This document shows positions 17,866 to 28,211 of a DNA stretch of 64,000 bases, one piece after another (the stretch's first letter is position 1; every line of letters starts with the position of its first letter). Both the position numbers and the translations under genes were made by a program. This DNA is from a bacterium (GTDB lineage Bacteria; Ratteibacteria; UBA8468; B48-G9; JAFGKM01): assembly GCA_023230585.1 (NCBI GenBank), contig JALNXB010000001.1, positions 69,847 to 133,846 of the forward strand. The letters run 5' to 3'. The notes beneath the pieces were generated by a model. It saw only the letters and a list, made by a program, of their open reading frames with translations, searched no databases and had not been told where the DNA came from.

Positions 17866-19944
17866 ATGATGAGAAAAAAACTGAAAATATGTAAAAACGG
17901 TCTTCCTAACAATACACCAAGCAAGATTAAACTGCCTCCAGACATCTCTATATGCAATGAGTGCCTTGAAGAACTCTTTTCACCACACAACAGAAGGTAT
18001 CTATACCCTTTTATAAATTGTTCTAACTGCGGACCTAAATTTTCTATCGTTAAAGATATCTCCTACAATAGAGATAAAACCTCTATGTATAAGTTTTCGA
18101 TGTGTCCTGATTGTTATAACGAATATACCAACCCATCAGATAGACGGTTTCACACACAATCTGTATGTTGTCCTGTATGTGGTCCAAAATATCTATTGTT
18201 TGATAAAAAAGGTACACAGGTAGGAACCTCCTTAGATGCAATAAAAAAAGCGGTCTCTTTTGTAGAAGAAGGGCATATAGTTGCAATGAAAGGGATAGGC
18301 GGGTACCACCTTGTTTGTGATGCTACAAAAGTGGAGACGGTAAAAACTCTTAGAGTAAGAAAAAAAAGAGGAGATAAACCGTTTGCGCTTATGTCAAAGG
18401 ATATAAATACAATAAAACAATATTGTATTGTAAATAAAGAAGAAAAAGAAACTCTTCTTTCAAAGAGAGCGCCTGTGGTTATTTTAAGGAGAAAAAAAAA
18501 TTGTTGTTTGCCCAGCGATATTGCTCCTAACAATAAATATTTAGGTTTTTTTCTACCATACACTCCTGCCCATTATATCTTATTCTATTTTGGTAGGTTT
18601 GACACAATCATTGCAACCAGTGCAAATATATCTGATGAACCTACTTTTTATCAAGATGCAGATGTTTGTGATAATCTTTCTGTTGTTGCAGACTACATTC
18701 TTACCAATAACAGAAAAATAGAGATAGGTTGTGATGATTCTGTTGTAAAAATTGAGAAATTTAACAAAAAAACACATATACTGAGAAGGTCTCGAGGGTT
18801 TGTACCAGAACCTATAAGAACACCTTTTTCTGTTTCGCAACCAGTCTTTGCAACAGGTGCTGATATGAAAAATACCTTTTCTTTTGGGGTAGGGAACAAT
18901 ATTTTTACAAGCCAACATATTGGAAATCTTGAAAACCTAAAATCTTTTTTATTCTATAAAAACAGTTACCAACATTGGAAAAAGATTACTGGGTTTACAC
19001 CAAAATTAGTGGCTTGCGACCTTCATCCTGATTATATGTCCAGTAGTTTTGCTAAAGAAGTGGCACAGAAAGAAGGTGTTCCTTATGTTGGAGTTCAGCA
19101 TCACCACTCCCATATTGCTGCTTGTATGCTTGAAAATATGCTTCCAAATAAAGACGTTATAGGTATTGCTTTAGACGGAACAGGGTTTGGAGAAGCAGAG
19201 GATATTAGGGGGTGTGAGGTTATGATTGCCTCTTATAGCGGATATAAAAGGTATGCTTGGCTCGATTACATAGGGTTACCTGGGGGGGACATCTCTGTTA
19301 AAGAAGTATGGAGAACAGGGTTGTCATATCTTTATAACTCTTTTGGTAAAGATGTTTCTGGTATGAATATATCTTTATTTAAAGATGTTCCTTTTAAAAA
19401 GATGTATGGGGTTTATGAGATGCTAAAAAAAGATATTAACTGTACTCTTGCCTCCAGTATGGGGCGGTTGTTTGACGGTGTTGCTTCAATAATAGGGTTA
19501 CAAAATGAGGTATCTTTTGATGCCCAAGCAGCCATTGCACTTGAAATGGTTGCAAATAAATCTTCTTCTACATTTTATTCGTTTGATATAAAACAAGCGA
19601 AAGACAAAGGTTCTTTTGTTATAGATTATACGCCTGTAATAAGAGATATTGTTAAAGATATCCTCAAAAATAAAGATGTTGGTCTTATCTCTTGCAAGTT
19701 TCACAAAGGAGTGGTTGAAATAATTACAGAAATATGTAAAGCCATAAAACAAGAAAAGAATATATCTGCAACAGTCCTTACTGGCGGGGTTTTCCAAAAC
19801 TCGTTTCTTATGAAAATGATGAGCGAAAAACTTACCAACGAAGGTTTTCAAGTATACACCCATAGTCTGTTACCTTCCAATGATGGCGGTATATCTGCAG
19901 GGCAAGTTGCTGTTGCTTCTTTTAGTCAGTTGGCTGAATTTTAA
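17866..19944 (+). CDS. hypF: HypF carbamoyltransferase lacking N-terminal acylphosphatase domain
   Basis: Two Zn-finger CxxC..CxxC pairs at N-terminus, YrdC-like VAMKGIGGYHLVCDA, C-terminal Kae1-like region; begins directly with Zn fingers. Confidence 0.8.
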   Translation: MMRKKLKICKNGLPNNTPSKIKLPPDISICNECLEELFSPHNRRYLYPFINCSNCGPKFSIVKDISYNRDKTSMYKFSMCPDCYNEYTNPSDRRFHTQSVCCPVCGPKYLLFDKKGTQVGTSLDAIKKAVSFVEEGHIVAMKGIGGYHLVCDATKVETVKTLRVRKKRGDKPFALMSKDINTIKQYCIVNKEEKETLLSKRAPVVILRRKKNCCLPSDIAPNNKYLGFFLPYTPAHYILFYFGRFDTIIATSANISDEPTFYQDADVCDNLSVVADYILTNNRKIEIGCDDSVVKIEKFNKKTHILRRSRGFVPEPIRTPFSVSQPVFATGADMKNTFSFGVGNNIFTSQHIGNLENLKSFLFYKNSYQHWKKITGFTPKLVACDLHPDYMSSSFAKEVAQKEGVPYVGVQHHHSHIAACMLENMLPNKDVIGIALDGTGFGEAEDIRGCEVMIASYSGYKRYAWLDYIGLPGGDISVKEVWRTGLSYLYNSFGKDVSGMNISLFKDVPFKKMYGVYEMLKKDINCTLASSMGRLFDGVASIIGLQNEVSFDAQAAIALEMVANKSSSTFYSFDIKQAKDKGSFVIDYTPVIRDIVKDILKNKDVGLISCKFHKGVVEIITEICKAIKQEKNISATVLTGGVFQNSFLMKMMSEKLTNEGFQVYTHSLLPSNDGGISAGQVAVASFSQLAEF

Positions 19945-21682
19945 ACTCAAACGCCTTGTGAATATCCTGCTCCAGTGCATCAAATTCTGTTAGACGTGTA
20001 GGTGGTATATATCTTGCTTTTACAATTGCTTCTCTTATATCCATTTTCATAATTTCGTCTAAATCTGCACCTTCTGAGATTTTTTTACTTGCCAGACGAT
20101 GAAAAAGTAGTATAGAGTTGAGCATTTTATACTGCTTTTGAAGTGTAGTATAAGAATCTCTTTCATCAAAAGCACTCTGGTGGAGAAAGTCTTCTCTAAT
20201 AGAGCGGGCTGTTTCCAGCACAAGTCTATCTTGTGCAGATAAAGTTTCCATTCCTACAAGACGGACAATCTCATTTAAGTCTGCCTCTTTTTCCAGTATA
20301 ACTATTGTATCATTCTTGTTTTTAATAAAATCTTCACCAACATCTTTAGTAAGAAAATCTTTGATATTGTCTTCATATAAAGAGTAACTTGTAAGCCAGT
20401 TTATGGCAGGGAAATGCCTCTGATAAGCAAGTTTATCGTCAAGACCCCAGAATACCTTGACAACTCTAAGAGTCATCTGTACAACAGGGTCTGTTAGGTC
20501 GCCACCGGGAGGGCTTACAGCGCCTATAACAGATAGAGAACCTGTCTTTTCTGCCTGTCCAAGGCAAGAGACTTTTCCTGCTCTTTCATAAAATGATGCT
20601 ACACTTGTTCCCAAGTAAGCAGGGTATCCTTCTTCGCCGGGCATTTCTTCCATTCTACCTGACATTTCTCTTAAAGCCTCTGCCCATCTACTGGTTGAAT
20701 CTGCCATTAATGCTACAGAATATCCCATATCTCTAAAATATTCTCCAAGAGTTATTCCAGTATAGATAGAAGCTTCCCTTGCAGCCACAGGCATATTAGA
20801 TGTATTGGCTATAAGAATGGTACGCTCCATCAAAGGTCTGTCAGAAGCAGGGTCTTTAAGTTCAGGGAACTCTATCAGAACATCAGCCATCTCATTGCCT
20901 CTCTCGCCACAACCTATATAAACTATTATTTGTGCGTCTGCCCATTTTGCTACCTGGTGCATAACTACTGTTTTTCCGCTACCAAACGGACCTGGAATAC
21001 AAGCAGTACCACCTTTCATAACAGGGAAAAGTGTATCTATAATTCGTTGCCCAGTAACAAGAGGTTGGTCGGGAGAGAGTTTGTTTTTTACAGGTCTTCT
21101 TTGGCGTACAGGCCATTTTTGCATAAGGTAGAAAGGTGTCTCACCTTTGTTTGTCTTGATTTTGCCTATAACATCTTCAACCGTAAAATCTCCTGCTTTT
21201 ATTTCTATTAATTCACCTTCCAAATAAGGTGGTAACATTATTTTATGCATAAGTAACGGGGTTTCCTGCACTTCGCCAACAATATCTCCGCCTTTAAGGT
21301 GGTCTCCTTTACTTACAAAAGGAGTAAATTTCCACTTCTTTTCCCTGTCTAACGGAGGCATTTCTAACCCTCTGAGTATAAAATCTCCTCCTGCTTCAAG
21401 TTTAGACAAAGGTCTTTGTATCCCGTCAAATATATTTGTTAGAAGTCCAGGACCAAGTTCTACTTCAAGAGGTACACCTGTTTCATAGACAGGGTCGCCG
21501 ACTTTAAGGCTTTCTGTCTCTTCATATACTTGAATAGAGGCGATATTATCTTCAATACGTATTACTTCTCCAACAAGCCGTACATCGCCAACCCTCACAA
21601 CATCATACATTTTTGCTCCGCTCATTCCTTCTGCTTGAACAAGAGGTCCGCTTACCTTAATTATTCTACCTTGTTGAGCCAT
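19922..21682 (-). CDS. atpA: V-type (A/V) ATP synthase catalytic subunit A
   Basis: Walker A GPFGSGKT, 586 aa, N-terminal beta-barrel region typical of V/A-type subunit A. Confidence 0.85.
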   Translation of the reverse strand: MAQQGRIIKVSGPLVQAEGMSGAKMYDVVRVGDVRLVGEVIRIEDNIASIQVYEETESLKVGDPVYETGVPLEVELGPGLLTNIFDGIQRPLSKLEAGGDFILRGLEMPPLDREKKWKFTPFVSKGDHLKGGDIVGEVQETPLLMHKIMLPPYLEGELIEIKAGDFTVEDVIGKIKTNKGETPFYLMQKWPVRQRRPVKNKLSPDQPLVTGQRIIDTLFPVMKGGTACIPGPFGSGKTVVMHQVAKWADAQIIVYIGCGERGNEMADVLIEFPELKDPASDRPLMERTILIANTSNMPVAAREASIYTGITLGEYFRDMGYSVALMADSTSRWAEALREMSGRMEEMPGEEGYPAYLGTSVASFYERAGKVSCLGQAEKTGSLSVIGAVSPPGGDLTDPVVQMTLRVVKVFWGLDDKLAYQRHFPAINWLTSYSLYEDNIKDFLTKDVGEDFIKNKNDTIVILEKEADLNEIVRLVGMETLSAQDRLVLETARSIREDFLHQSAFDERDSYTTLQKQYKMLNSILLFHRLASKKISEGADLDEIMKMDIREAIVKARYIPPTRLTEFDALEQDIHKAFEFKIQPTD

Positions 21683-21710
21683 TATGTGCTTCTCCTTAAC
21701 TATTATAAAA

Positions 21711-22013
21711 TTATTCTTTCATACCTGTTGCCGTTCTTATCAGGTCTTCTACTATCTGGTATCCTTTACCTATATTAGATGTAAGACTTGGTAAAGGAAG
21801 TAGTTGTTTACGCATAACATATTTAGAAAGAAGGTCTCTGTCAAAGACTTCTTCAGTTATAAAAATTATAGAATAGTCTGAAAAACTAATATTTTTAATA
21901 ATTTTGACAGCTTCTTCAACTGTTGTTGCAGGGAAAATTTCTGCACCAAAAATTTTAAAAAAACCTACCGATGTTTTATCGCCTATAAATCCTATTTTTT
22001 TATTTTCTTCCAT
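21711..22013 (-). CDS. atpF: V-type ATP synthase subunit F
   Basis: 100 aa, IGFIGDKTSVGFF...IIFITE pattern matching NtpG/F subunits; immediately upstream of atpA. Confidence 0.6.
   Translation of the reverse strand: MEENKKIGFIGDKTSVGFFKIFGAEIFPATTVEEAVKIIKNISFSDYSIIFITEEVFDRDLLSKYVMRKQLLPLPSLTSNIGKGYQIVEDLIRTATGMKE
21923..21961. repeat. 39-bp direct repeat copy A (inside atpF coding sequence)
   Basis: 'ttgttgcagggaaaatttctgcaccaaaaattttaaaaa' identical to 30243-30281. Confidence 0.8.
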
Positions 22014-22116
22014 TTTTTTCTAATTATAATGTAAATTGTTTATAAACTAAAATTTGATTGCAAAGATACGTTATTAAATATACAATAAAATCGAATAACT
22101 TACAAGGGGAAAAGCA

Positions 22117-22465
22117 GGTGGATATATATGTTGGTATAGATATTCTTGAATTTAATAGGTTTCAAAAGGTTCTTAAAAAACGTAGAGATAGGTTTTTAGA
22201 TAGGGTTTATACAGATAAAGAGGTTGCCAATACACCTAAACTAAAAGAAGAGTTATTTTTATGTTTTACTTTCTCTTTTAAGGAATCTATATGGAAAGCC
22301 TTACCAGATTATTTACAGAAAGAGGTTGGCTTTAAGGATATAGAAATTATATGGAGAAGAAGAAAACCTCAAATATTTATTAAGGGCAAGCACTATTTCA
22401 AAACAGTATCCCACTTTTTTGAAATGGATGGAAATGTTGTCACTCTGGTTATAATAACAGTATAA
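22117..22465 (+). CDS. acpS: Holo-[acyl-carrier-protein] synthase (4'-phosphopantetheinyl transferase); probable GTG start after GGGGA RBS (ORF track begins 22058)
   Basis: IYVGIDILEFNRF...RFLDRVYTDKE and FKDIEI motifs align with AcpS GxDxxE and downstream regions. Confidence 0.6.
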
Positions 22466-22499
22466 GGCTTTTTTAAAATCAGTTACTTTTTGGAAGGTC

Positions 22500-22640
22500 T
22501 GTTTACAACCCGTTCATCAGAGGTTCTCGGGATAAACCTTGCCGTTAGATGGGCAAAGAATTGGACAATACGCAGTTCCTTTAGATGAGTGGGCTTGAGG
22601 CAAACTTCTCTATAAAATGAACGGTGTTTACTAATGATTT
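22500..22640. repeat. Dispersed modular intergenic repeat copy
   Basis: 'ttctcgggataaacc' (rc of ggtttatcccgag module) and 'gaacggtgtttactaatgat' (cf. 'ggacggtgttcactgaagat' at 30385 and 'ggacggtgttcgctg' at 43232). Confidence 0.5.
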
Positions 22641-22714
22641 ATTGTAGAGAATAGGACATTAAAAGGCGAAAGGGAATAATTTGTTATAAATATTTATGAG
22701 ACGAAATACTTTCA

Positions 22715-23311
22715 TTAAAGAATATTCTTTCCGTTGTTTACTTTTGTATGACTTTCAGAGAATATTTTATAATTACGACGGTTGTAACCAAAAAGTTCTT
22801 GGTCTTGTAACCCCTTACGTTCTAATAACTTAGCCATACAATCGGGTTCAATAACTATAATATTAACATTAAATATAAGCCATCTGAAGTAACTGAAATC
22901 TTTATCGAAGATTTGTTGTATCGTAGAACCTTTATACTTGCCAAATTGTATTATTGTTGATTCATAATATATCTTTGTTTTCTTGGATACTCGCACTTTC
23001 TTCTTCATCATTTTATCTTTGACATATGTTCCGTTAACCAGTTTAACATTCACATGTTTCCAGCGATATACCCCAGCATTGTGGATAATACGTTCGGAGT
23101 TCCACTCTGGATAGTAGGTGTATATATCAGAAGGTGTTCCGTTGATTGTAGGATAACCACGTGCAACTCCATATGGCCAACGTCTGATTTTTATCTCTTC
23201 AACAATAGTATATCTATTTTCATTCCAACTATCCAACCATGCAGCAAGTGGCAATAATTCTCCATTATATTTCCAAATTTGAAAGAGGTTTAGTTTGTTG
23301 TGTATACACAT
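22715..23311 (-). CDS. Hypothetical protein; C-terminal FGKYKGSTIQQIFDKDFSYFRWL resembles DUF3820/ExoX C-terminal-like motif
   Basis: Motif recollection only; N-terminal region unrecognised. Confidence 0.3.
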   Translation of the reverse strand: MCIHNKLNLFQIWKYNGELLPLAAWLDSWNENRYTIVEEIKIRRWPYGVARGYPTINGTPSDIYTYYPEWNSERIIHNAGVYRWKHVNVKLVNGTYVKDKMMKKKVRVSKKTKIYYESTIIQFGKYKGSTIQQIFDKDFSYFRWLIFNVNIIVIEPDCMAKLLERKGLQDQELFGYNRRNYKIFSESHTKVNNGKNIL

Positions 23312-23329
23312 ACGATTTTTCCAATGTAA

Positions 23330-26300
23330 TTAATTCTCATAATAAGGAGATGGCACTGAAGGATAAGCTCGATATATATGATAGAAAACATCTTGTGCTT
23401 TTTTAACAACTTCAGTATGAGCATAACATTGCAGGGGTAATCCTGTTTTTTCATCCCATAAGAAATCTCTAATCAAGCTTCTTACTGCATCCCTTGTGGG
23501 TTCTCTGTTCTGCCAGTTATAGAGTCCTTGTAATTTTTCTTTTAGTTTTACCAGCAACGCTTCAGCAACTCTTTTTATTTTTTTAATCTCTGAAGGCGTT
23601 AATTGCGGTTTTGCAAGAAGGTCATATATTGCAAGCGTTTCTTCGTCCATACCCTCTTTCAATGCTCTTTTTTCTTCGTTATCCAAATCCTCATAAAATT
23701 TCAAAAGGGCTTCAAATGTAGCTTCAATACTTTTTCTGTCTTTTTCTTTGTTGTACTCATCAATGATTCTTTCATAATGTTCCTGGAAGTTTGTCCGAAG
23801 GGGATTCTTCATAATAAGCTGCTGCAATTTTTTCTCAATAACAGTTTTTAATTCTTGCACCACAGTATTTTTAGCTCTGGTTTTTTCAAATTCAGTTCGA
23901 AGTAGGTTAAAATCAATTTTACTTACATCATAAGGTGCGCTTTTGTCTTCTAAAGGTGTGCCTGTAACAACCGCTTCATCTACTATTTTATGCAACTTCT
24001 TGATAATATTGCTTATATCTGCAGATTCCCTGTCTTCCTGCAAGCTTTTATATATAATGTTGATAGCGCTGTAATAACCTCGGTATTCATTTACTTCCGG
24101 TATAGTGAGGCATGCCTTAAACTTAATAAAAACTTCTCTGCATATTACTTCAAATTTTTTTCTGGTTTCATCATTGACATTTACAGCTTCTTTGATCAGA
24201 ACAATATTGCTGTTTCTCTCAAATCCACTCGAATTTATGATGTCGGTCAGCGACACTTTTTCATCTGACAGAAATTCTTTCACCATCTTAATGGTTTCTC
24301 TCAATTCTCCCAGAAGTTGTTCTTTGGTTCTTGTGGGGTCTACCTTTTCCAATCCAGGGCTACCTTGCCTGCCTTTATCGGTTGTTCCAGCAAATGTGGC
24401 AAGTGCCTTTCTTAAATTCTTGAGGATGCCACAATAATCTATAATAAGCCCATTGTTTTTATCCTTGTTAACACGATTAGCTCTTGCTATCGCTTGCATT
24501 AGAGTGTGAGCTTTAAGTGGTTTATCAAGGTAAAGGTTTGCAAGGCTTGGCACATCAAAACCTGTAAGCCACATAGCACAAACAATGGCTATGCGGAAAG
24601 GATGCTCCTCTTTTTTGAATGCGGAATCAACATCAATCCGTGTTCCGTCTGAAAGTTCAAACCCGTTTTTCATCAATCTGCGGTGAGGAGTGATATCAAA
24701 CCCACATTTTCTAAACTTGTCTACTTCTCCCTGTTCTTCGCTGACAATTACTGCCATTTTTGTCTCTTGCATCCATTTAAGTTGATTTGATAGTTCTTCT
24801 CTGGTTTCATCTGAGGCAGACTTTAATAAGTTTGACAATTCTTCCTCTTTATTCTTCCAGTATAGATTTATGAGCTTGTGCATTTTGACACAAGTGAGTT
24901 TATCAATACATATAAACATCGCCTTGCCTGCTTCCCATGAAGTTGTGTAATGCTCGACAAAATCTTGGGCTATATCTTTAAGCCTTCTCTTTGCCGTGAT
25001 TATGTGATAATCTCTTCTGAGTTCTTTTTCAAGGCGTGCCCTCAAATTGATATCTTCTGTATCTACCTGCTCCAGTTTTTCTGCAAGCCGTTCATTAATA
25101 TCCGAAGTAGACACCCCGAGTGTATCGCCCCGGGAATCGTAATAAAGAGGAACCGTGGATTTGTCTTCCACTGCTCTTTGGAAATCGTATGTGGAAACAT
25201 AGTTACCGAAAACTTGTGAAGTGATTTCCTCATCTTTAAACAAAGGTGTGCCTGTAAATCCTATAAAGTTGGCGTTTGGCAGGGCTTTACGCATATTGAG
25301 TGCAAGATTGCCGTATTGCGTACGGTGTGCCTCGTCTGTAATAACAATTATATCGTCTCTCTTGGTATAACCCTCATCGGTGTTAACGTCTTGATTGAAT
25401 TTTTGAATTGTGGTAAATACATAAGCCTTGTGTTGCCTCATTAGTTTGGCAAGGTGCTTGCCGCTTTCGGGTCGACACGGATTTCTATCGTTATCCACTA
25501 TGCCACACCCTGCAAAAGTCTGGTAAATCTGTTTATCGAGGTCGTCGCGGTCAGTACATATAAGAAACGTATAGTTACCTGCTATCTTTCTATGTACCTT
25601 GGTGGTAAAAAATACCATAGAGTAACTTTTACCTGCACCCTGGGTATGCCAAAATACTCCAAGTTTGCCTTTTGCTCTGGAAGGATTTTTTAGGGCTTTG
25701 ATTACTTTGTTCACGCCAAGATACTGGTGGTTCTTTGCAAGTATCTTTATTCTTTTGCCTTTAGAATCGTCATAAAGAATAAAATTCTCAAAAATATCCA
25801 AGAAATTGTTTTTATCACAAACCCCTTTAAGAAGTGTTTCCATATCTATAATACCCGGGTCGGATTCAGATAATCGTTTCCAATCGTGGAAGTGTTCGTA
25901 ACCTGCGGTTATGCTTCCTATTTTTGCTTTTTCGCCGTTGGCAAGCATAATGATAGCGTTATGATGGAAAAAATGGGGGATAGTATCTTTGTAATCGGCA
26001 AGGTTTTTTCTGTATGCGTTTTCAAGGTTTCTATGGATATTTTTGCACTCTACAAATAAAAGGGGTATGCCGTTGACAAACCCTGCGATATCAACTCTCC
26101 TGCGATAAAGACTGCCCTGTACCCACAGTTCACGTACAGCCATAAAGTGATTATTTGTAGCATCATCAAAATCAAAGACCTTGAGCCGTTCTTTTTTTAT
26201 CTCCCCGTTGCTGCCCTGAAAAGAAACAAGCACGCCGTCTTTGAATAATTTGTATTTATCGAAATTGTTGGCAAGTAGTGATTGGCTCTGGGAATAGTCC

Positions 26301-26536
26301 ATAACCTGCCTCACCGCCTCTTCATATACGGTTTCAGGCAGTTGGGGATTAAGTTTTTCAAGTGCTTGTCGTAGATAACGTTTAAGTACAACCTCCCTGT
26401 CGGAATCTCTTCCCAGAAGCCCGTCAACGTCAAAAGTTTCACGATTATAAGCATAAACAGATTCCCATCCGAGATTATCTTTGAGGTAATCTACGGTTGG
26501 TTTCTGTACCAGAGTATCTTCGTTAAAGTTAGTCAT
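23330..26536 (-). CDS. hsdR: Type I restriction enzyme R subunit (HsdR)
   Basis: 1068 aa; helicase motifs incl. DEAH (VITDEAHRTQYG); adjacent hsdS/hsdM. Confidence 0.9.
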   Translation of the reverse strand: MTNFNEDTLVQKPTVDYLKDNLGWESVYAYNRETFDVDGLLGRDSDREVVLKRYLRQALEKLNPQLPETVYEEAVRQVMDYSQSQSLLANNFDKYKLFKDGVLVSFQGSNGEIKKERLKVFDFDDATNNHFMAVRELWVQGSLYRRRVDIAGFVNGIPLLFVECKNIHRNLENAYRKNLADYKDTIPHFFHHNAIIMLANGEKAKIGSITAGYEHFHDWKRLSESDPGIIDMETLLKGVCDKNNFLDIFENFILYDDSKGKRIKILAKNHQYLGVNKVIKALKNPSRAKGKLGVFWHTQGAGKSYSMVFFTTKVHRKIAGNYTFLICTDRDDLDKQIYQTFAGCGIVDNDRNPCRPESGKHLAKLMRQHKAYVFTTIQKFNQDVNTDEGYTKRDDIIVITDEAHRTQYGNLALNMRKALPNANFIGFTGTPLFKDEEITSQVFGNYVSTYDFQRAVEDKSTVPLYYDSRGDTLGVSTSDINERLAEKLEQVDTEDINLRARLEKELRRDYHIITAKRRLKDIAQDFVEHYTTSWEAGKAMFICIDKLTCVKMHKLINLYWKNKEEELSNLLKSASDETREELSNQLKWMQETKMAVIVSEEQGEVDKFRKCGFDITPHRRLMKNGFELSDGTRIDVDSAFKKEEHPFRIAIVCAMWLTGFDVPSLANLYLDKPLKAHTLMQAIARANRVNKDKNNGLIIDYCGILKNLRKALATFAGTTDKGRQGSPGLEKVDPTRTKEQLLGELRETIKMVKEFLSDEKVSLTDIINSSGFERNSNIVLIKEAVNVNDETRKKFEVICREVFIKFKACLTIPEVNEYRGYYSAINIIYKSLQEDRESADISNIIKKLHKIVDEAVVTGTPLEDKSAPYDVSKIDFNLLRTEFEKTRAKNTVVQELKTVIEKKLQQLIMKNPLRTNFQEHYERIIDEYNKEKDRKSIEATFEALLKFYEDLDNEEKRALKEGMDEETLAIYDLLAKPQLTPSEIKKIKRVAEALLVKLKEKLQGLYNWQNREPTRDAVRSLIRDFLWDEKTGLPLQCYAHTEVVKKAQDVFYHIYRAYPSVPSPYYEN

Positions 26537-26567
26537 GGTTTTTTCTTTGCGGATTTAAGAATTTTTT

Positions 26568-26867
26568 TTATATGTCTGTCAAAAGGTTATAGAATTTTGT
26601 CTGATAAGTTTTTCCGTCATTTGCAGTATGTGCAAATTTTGCACATACTGAATTTTCTTTTAACTCTCCGCTCTTAAAGATGTTTTTAAGATGTTTGGTA
26701 ATCACGCTTCTGTCAACCTTGAACAGTTCAGCAATTTTTGCCTGAGTCAACCATATTGTCTCGTTGCGTAAAAATATCTCCACCTTCACCTTGCCGCCAG
26801 GGGTAGTATAGAGCAGGAATTTCGTAAATTCGTTTTGCTGGATAATCTGCTTGTTTTTTTTAATCAT
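26568..26867 (-). CDS. RhuM-family protein, N-terminal fragment only (99 aa)
   Basis: Resembles N-terminus of RhuM-like proteins commonly found between hsdS and hsdR; remainder of family absent. Confidence 0.45.
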   Translation of the reverse strand: MIKKNKQIIQQNEFTKFLLYTTPGGKVKVEIFLRNETIWLTQAKIAELFKVDRSVITKHLKNIFKSGELKENSVCAKFAHTANDGKTYQTKFYNLLTDI

Positions 26868-28211
26868 TTATACCTCTATCTTACCGTTCATCAGACGAGG
26901 CAGAAGCAAATCTCTCGCCTGTGTGAGTTTCTGGTTTTGGTTTCTTAAATAAGAACATTGTTCCAAAAGTGAATTGACGATTTTTGAATATTGTTCAATT
27001 AAGTCTATTTTAGGTAAAAGCACTTTTATTTTTTTTAAGCTACTGTCGTTGAGAGATACCTGTGTTGCTCCAGTAGCATAATTATTCTTATATTGCACAA
27101 ACTCATAGGAAGTTAAAAGCCCAAACAAGAAGCCTAAATACTTTTCCTCTGTTGTGAAACCAACCATTCCTGTTGAAAGTATTATTTTGGAAAGTAAAAA
27201 AGAATTCCCTTTATTAAAATACAACACCTTTTCTGTATCTTTCATTTTGGCAAAATATATAGTATTAATTTTGGGCAGGACATCTGCTCGGCTCGGTCTA
27301 TTTTCATAATCTACTTCTTCTCCATATCCTGTTATATTTGTTCCGTCAATTTCTGAGGTCTGATAATATTGACGTATATCAGTAAAAACGGGCATTCCCA
27401 AAGGAGCCTTTTTAAATATTTTTATTTTTGTAATCGGTAAATAATCCCACTCGGCAGGCATCTTTTTGCCTTTACCATCAACTATTTTTATTTTTTCATA
27501 TCCTGGGAAACGAAAATATACAAACCATTCTCTGAAGAGAAGGCGTGCCGATTCTTCCAACAATTCTATCCGCCTTTGATTAGTTTCAATAAGGTCGTCA
27601 TAGGTAGAGAGTATATTTGCGATTTTTTTTTGATCTCCAATATGTGGAAGTAATAATGAAATATCTCCAAGCATGGCAAGATTAATGTTAGGTTGTGCTG
27701 CTTGGGCATTAATACTTTGCAAGTATTTAAATGTCAATGGGTTTTTAAACCAATAATAAATATATTGGCTATTGGCTAATTCTGGTTTGATTCGCACTAT
27801 ACCAACAGCTTGATTTGTATTTGCAGGCAAATGTTTTCGTTTTATAATTCCAACTTTGCCAATATTAATTCCTGCTATTGTAACTAAAATATCGTTTTCT
27901 TGAAGAATAGACCGCTTTAATTTATTTTGAGCAGATTCGTTTATATAAGCAAACCCTTGAGTATCGAGTTCGCTATCCCCATTTAAAGCTTCTGCTTTAA
28001 TAAAATTTATGCCAGAATCAGTAAAATCAAAACCAACTGTTGTTGGAGTTGTTCCCTTTGTTATCCTGTCAGTGATACATTTTAACTTAACGATTTGCTT
28101 CATATCCCAACCTCTTAAAGTTTTCGCTGATTTTCTTTGCAAGTTCGCCTGCTGTTTTATTAAGTTCATCCAATTCCGTGTGTATTGCAAGCATTGTTCC
28201 GCTAAAGTCAA
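26868..28211 (-). CDS. hsdS: Type I R-M specificity subunit (HsdS), two target-recognition domains; true start probably internal Met near 28103
   Basis: Size, two repeated TRD-like halves with conserved coiled-coil spacers (LIETNQRRIELLEE.., LTQARDLLLPRLMNGKIEV). Confidence 0.8.
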   Translation of the reverse strand: MTLAEQCLQYTRNWMNLIKQQANLQRKSAKTLRGWDMKQIVKLKCITDRITKGTTPTTVGFDFTDSGINFIKAEALNGDSELDTQGFAYINESAQNKLKRSILQENDILVTIAGINIGKVGIIKRKHLPANTNQAVGIVRIKPELANSQYIYYWFKNPLTFKYLQSINAQAAQPNINLAMLGDISLLLPHIGDQKKIANILSTYDDLIETNQRRIELLEESARLLFREWFVYFRFPGYEKIKIVDGKGKKMPAEWDYLPITKIKIFKKAPLGMPVFTDIRQYYQTSEIDGTNITGYGEEVDYENRPSRADVLPKINTIYFAKMKDTEKVLYFNKGNSFLLSKIILSTGMVGFTTEEKYLGFLFGLLTSYEFVQYKNNYATGATQVSLNDSSLKKIKVLLPKIDLIEQYSKIVNSLLEQCSYLRNQNQKLTQARDLLLPRLMNGKIEV

